Below are positions 61,861 through 64,000 of a stretch of 64,000 bases of DNA, piece by piece. This stretch comes from a virus (taxonomy: Duplodnaviria; Caudoviricetes). The notes below the pieces were generated by a model. It did not search any database. It saw only the letters and a list, made by a program, of their open reading frames with translations, and had not been told where the DNA came from. Position 1 is the first letter of the stretch. Every line of letters starts with the position of its first letter. The position numbers and the translations under genes are program-made. The DNA lies in IMG/VR virus record IMGVR_UViG_3300037067_027684, positions 160,001-224,000 of that record. The stretch is one strand, 5' to 3'.

Positions 61861-62136
61861 TTAGGCGTAGAGGATTGCGCAGAGTGCACGACCAGAAGCA
61901 CTAACGATTTGAGACTCCTCGTCATTCCCACGTGTGACTTCAAGGAGATGAACACCACTTTGAGGTGAAGTTAAAAGCCTGACTGTAGCCTTGTACCTGT
62001 CTTTCCTCTCGTCGCCATCATTCCAACATTGGACGGTTGCTACCTTGCCCTTGATTTTCAGGAGTTTGATGTTGAAATCTAACTCCATTTTGCCGTAACT
62101 GTTGGCTCTTTGGATCACTTCTTTGAGGATGTTCAT
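61861..62136 (-). CDS. hypothetical protein
   Basis: AAGGAG RBS before MNILKE. Confidence 0.65.
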   Translation of the reverse strand: MNILKEVIQRANSYGKMELDFNIKLLKIKGKVATVQCWNDGDERKDRYKATVRLLTSPQSGVHLLEVTRGNDEESQIVSASGRALCAILYA

Positions 62137-62208
62137 TTGGCTCTCCTTGCTGTCTGTAATCGTTTTCATCTGACCGACTTCGGATTCAGATGTGTTTATC
62201 AGCTCTTG

Positions 62209-62490
62209 CTATTTGCTGGGGTAGACTGCCTTGCACTTGGTGCAGCGGTAAACCTCAAAAGGATGTTTCTTGATACGGTAAATCCTCTCACCGCACCTGC
62301 AGAGTCCTTTGGGGCGTCTTACCTCAAAGACTTGTTTCAAATCAGGTGGGTCGAGTGGTGGCATCCAGGCGTTGAAGAGTAAGCTCATGATTGCTTTGCC
62401 TTCGGGCATTTTACTTAGGATGACTCGGGCGTCTTTCAGGTCTTCTGGTTTGAAGGTGTTTGTGACATCTTCGATTTTTAGTGGTTCCAT
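62209..62490 (-). CDS. zinc-ribbon hypothetical protein
   Basis: CRCG...CTKC; RBS right after ribozyme E. Confidence 0.65.
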   Translation of the reverse strand: MEPLKIEDVTNTFKPEDLKDARVILSKMPEGKAIMSLLFNAWMPPLDPPDLKQVFEVRRPKGLCRCGERIYRIKKHPFEVYRCTKCKAVYPSK

Positions 62491-62502
62491 TGGCTCCTCC
62501 CT

Positions 62503-62571
62503 CAGGACTTGGGACCTGTGAGCTTAAATGCTCAGTTCCTTACAGAGAGGTTTTAGCCTCTCTGCCCTCGG
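62503..62571 (-). ncRNA. twister-like ribozyme, copy E
   Basis: CC-GAGGG-[CAGAGAGG/CCUCUCUG]-UAA-GG-AAC-[UGAGC/GCUCA]-[CAGG UCCCAAGU CCUG]-RBS; starts 1 nt after stop codon. Confidence 0.85.
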
Positions 62572-62572
62572 T

Positions 62573-62896
62573 TTACTTTTTGAGTTGGGCCATTGCAGCT
62601 TTGAGGAGTTCCTTCTTGGCGGCTTTCTTCTCAGCCTTCCGCTGGTCACTGCATTTGGTGCAGGTGTCGATTTGGAAGAGGTCGGAGGTGAAGACCCAGC
62701 GGGAGTCGTCGCAGCAGAGTTGGCAGCTGATTTTCACTTTGTACTTGCCTGCGGCTTCATCGAAAGTGAGGGTGTCGCTGAAGGCGTGGGGGTATTTGTC
62801 CAGGTTGGCTTTGATTTTCTCCAACTGGAGGTCCTTCTTGGCTTTGATTTTCTCGGCGAGTGCGAGAATCTCGGGTGTGACTTCTGTCTGTGGCAT
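62573..62896 (-). CDS. CxxC-CxxC zinc-binding hypothetical protein
   Basis: GAGGAG RBS before MPQTEV; CQLC...CTKC. Confidence 0.7.
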   Translation of the reverse strand: MPQTEVTPEILALAEKIKAKKDLQLEKIKANLDKYPHAFSDTLTFDEAAGKYKVKISCQLCCDDSRWVFTSDLFQIDTCTKCSDQRKAEKKAAKKELLKAAMAQLKK

Positions 62897-63249
62897 GGTC
62901 TGTCTCCTCTGCCCCGTTGGGGCGTGTGGGTTTGGGCGGGTTCTCCCGCCTCTCCCGTCCTGTGGCGCTCCCTTGGCTCTCTGGGGAGGTGCAATTTGGT
63001 TGAAGTGGTGAGTCACCTCCTGTACCCCCGCTTGTTGGTGGCGGTTGGTTGGTATTCTGGGGATGGTTTGAATAGCAAGAGTTGATAAATTCAATCAGAG
63101 ACGATTCCCTACCTTAAGGTTCCTGACAGCAAGGGTTGCTAAATTCCAGCTTGGAAAGGGTATCCCGCTTGGACGTTCACGGATACCCTAGCTTCTCCCC
63201 GTTCGGGTGGTGACTGGGAGGAAGAGAAACAACTCTTCCTCCCATTATG

Positions 63250-63621
63250 TTAACGAACCAAATAGCGACGGAATTCTTCTGAAACTTTCTTTCCGTCAGT
63301 TCCGATTGCATCTTCTCTGGTGACTTTCTTTCCGTCAACTCCGATTGACCATCGGTCGGAGCAATCACTTCCTGCGTTCGGAGTTTGTTTCTTTTGTTCG
63401 AAGGCTTTTTGGAAGATTTCGATGGGGTAGACGGCTTCAAGGCACGCCGTTAAATCAAGGCGGTTGAGGAAGTACCAGCTTGCGTCAACCTCGTCGTACC
63501 CGTTGATTTTTCGGGCTTCGTTTTCTTCGGCTGGGAAGTCGAAGATTTTGACGTAGTGTCCGTCCCAGTTGGTTTTGTTGCAGATTGCAACGTAGGTTCC
63601 TGCTTTGGTGTAGTTGTGCAT
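63250..63621 (-). CDS. hypothetical protein with IGxDGKKV repeat
   Basis: GGAGG RBS right after ribozyme F; 25-bp repeat at 63284 and 63323. Confidence 0.65.
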   Translation of the reverse strand: MHNYTKAGTYVAICNKTNWDGHYVKIFDFPAEENEARKINGYDEVDASWYFLNRLDLTACLEAVYPIEIFQKAFEQKKQTPNAGSDCSDRWSIGVDGKKVTREDAIGTDGKKVSEEFRRYLVR

Positions 63622-63632
63622 TGGGCCTCCCT

Positions 63633-63759
63633 CCAGGACTTGGGACCTGGTCGCTTTCCGGTGTGGAAAGCGAGTTCCTTACAAGGGAGAGGGATGACTT
63701 TGGGCACCCATGTGTTGATGGGCTTTGCCGTTAGTTCTTTCGCTCTCCGTTGCCCTCGG
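63633..63759 (-). ncRNA. twister-like ribozyme, copy F (51-nt P1 loop)
   Basis: CC-GAGGG-[CAACGGAGAG...CUCUCCCUUG]-UAA-GG-AAC-[UCGCUUUCC/GGAAAGCGA]-[CCAGG UCCCAAGU CCUGG]-RBS. Confidence 0.8.
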
Positions 63760-64000
63760 GACTTCCTTAATGCGTTTTCACTTTTCTGCCCTCTGTGCCT
63801 CTTTGCTCCTAAACTCACAAAAAGAATTCAAAATGTTTTGGAGTTTACTGAGTGCCCGGTGGTCGTGTCACTTGTTCACCCCTTTCGGTTTGCTTCGCTT
63901 GCTTAATTTGTGGGAATAGGGAGGGGGGCACTGCAGTGCCCCACCAGTGAGGCGAAGCTCCGCCACAAGCGGCCTCTAGCCTCAACTAAAAAGGCAGACC

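Noticed and set aside
62150-62205. Hammerhead-like CUGAUAA...stem...GAAA downstream of gene 62209
   Set aside because: Core is CUGAUAA rather than CUGANGA, extra bases precede the stem, and stems I/III with an NUH site are missing; kept only as an unclassified hairpin.
1-64000. Genome-wide stop-codon reassignment
   Set aside because: TGA, TAG and TAA all end tightly tiled genes, with many ATGA overlaps; only one clear in-frame TGA was found.
1-64000. Most plus-strand ORFs in the track, and long N-terminal extensions of ORFs 16254-16922, 54545-54937, 57304-57687, 59456-59779, 62573-63094
   Set aside because: Plus-strand ORFs are mostly antisense shadows without RBS; the extensions run through non-coding elements and better RBS-linked starts lie downstream.
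1-64000. tRNA, rRNA, transposase or integrase genes
   Set aside because: None recognised by eye; tRNAscan-SE and HMM searches would be needed to exclude them formally.

Overview
This window looks like the accessory (non-structural) region of a large tailed dsDNA phage genome. It holds well over 100 small, tightly packed genes, almost all on the minus strand, with AGGAG/GGAGG ribosome-binding sites and overlapping stop/start codons. I saw no rRNA, tRNA, CRISPR array, capsid, terminase or host housekeeping operon. Recognisable genes are a peptide deformylase, a lipoprotein metacaspase (peptidase C14), a minimal DNA polymerase X, a NADAR/YbiA protein, an S1-domain protein, a ParB-like protein, a RelA/SpoT-type HD hydrolase, an N6-adenine methyltransferase, a Lar-like protein, a DRB0094-family RNA ligase, a DUF550/MazG-like pyrophosphatase and a sulfotransferase. 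The strongest unexplained signals are: (1) six circularly permuted twister-like self-cleaving RNA motifs with covarying stems, mostly between a stop codon and the next RBS, five of them clustered at 54.9-63.8 kb, which could cut the transcript into units with mutually compatible ends; (2) three copies of a ~130-bp GC-rich element with conserved internal spacing, each starting at a TAA stop codon; (3) a terminal peptide tag, E[LI]G[DE]RxL, on seven unrelated small proteins; (4) a second tag, FDxKLxxAL, associated with a candidate late promoter YAAAAATA; (5) a TTTCC-N5-GGAAA palindrome family and an extreme strand-composition gradient ending at the 61.0-61.4 kb non-coding gap. All functional calls come from motif recognition by eye; no database searches were run.
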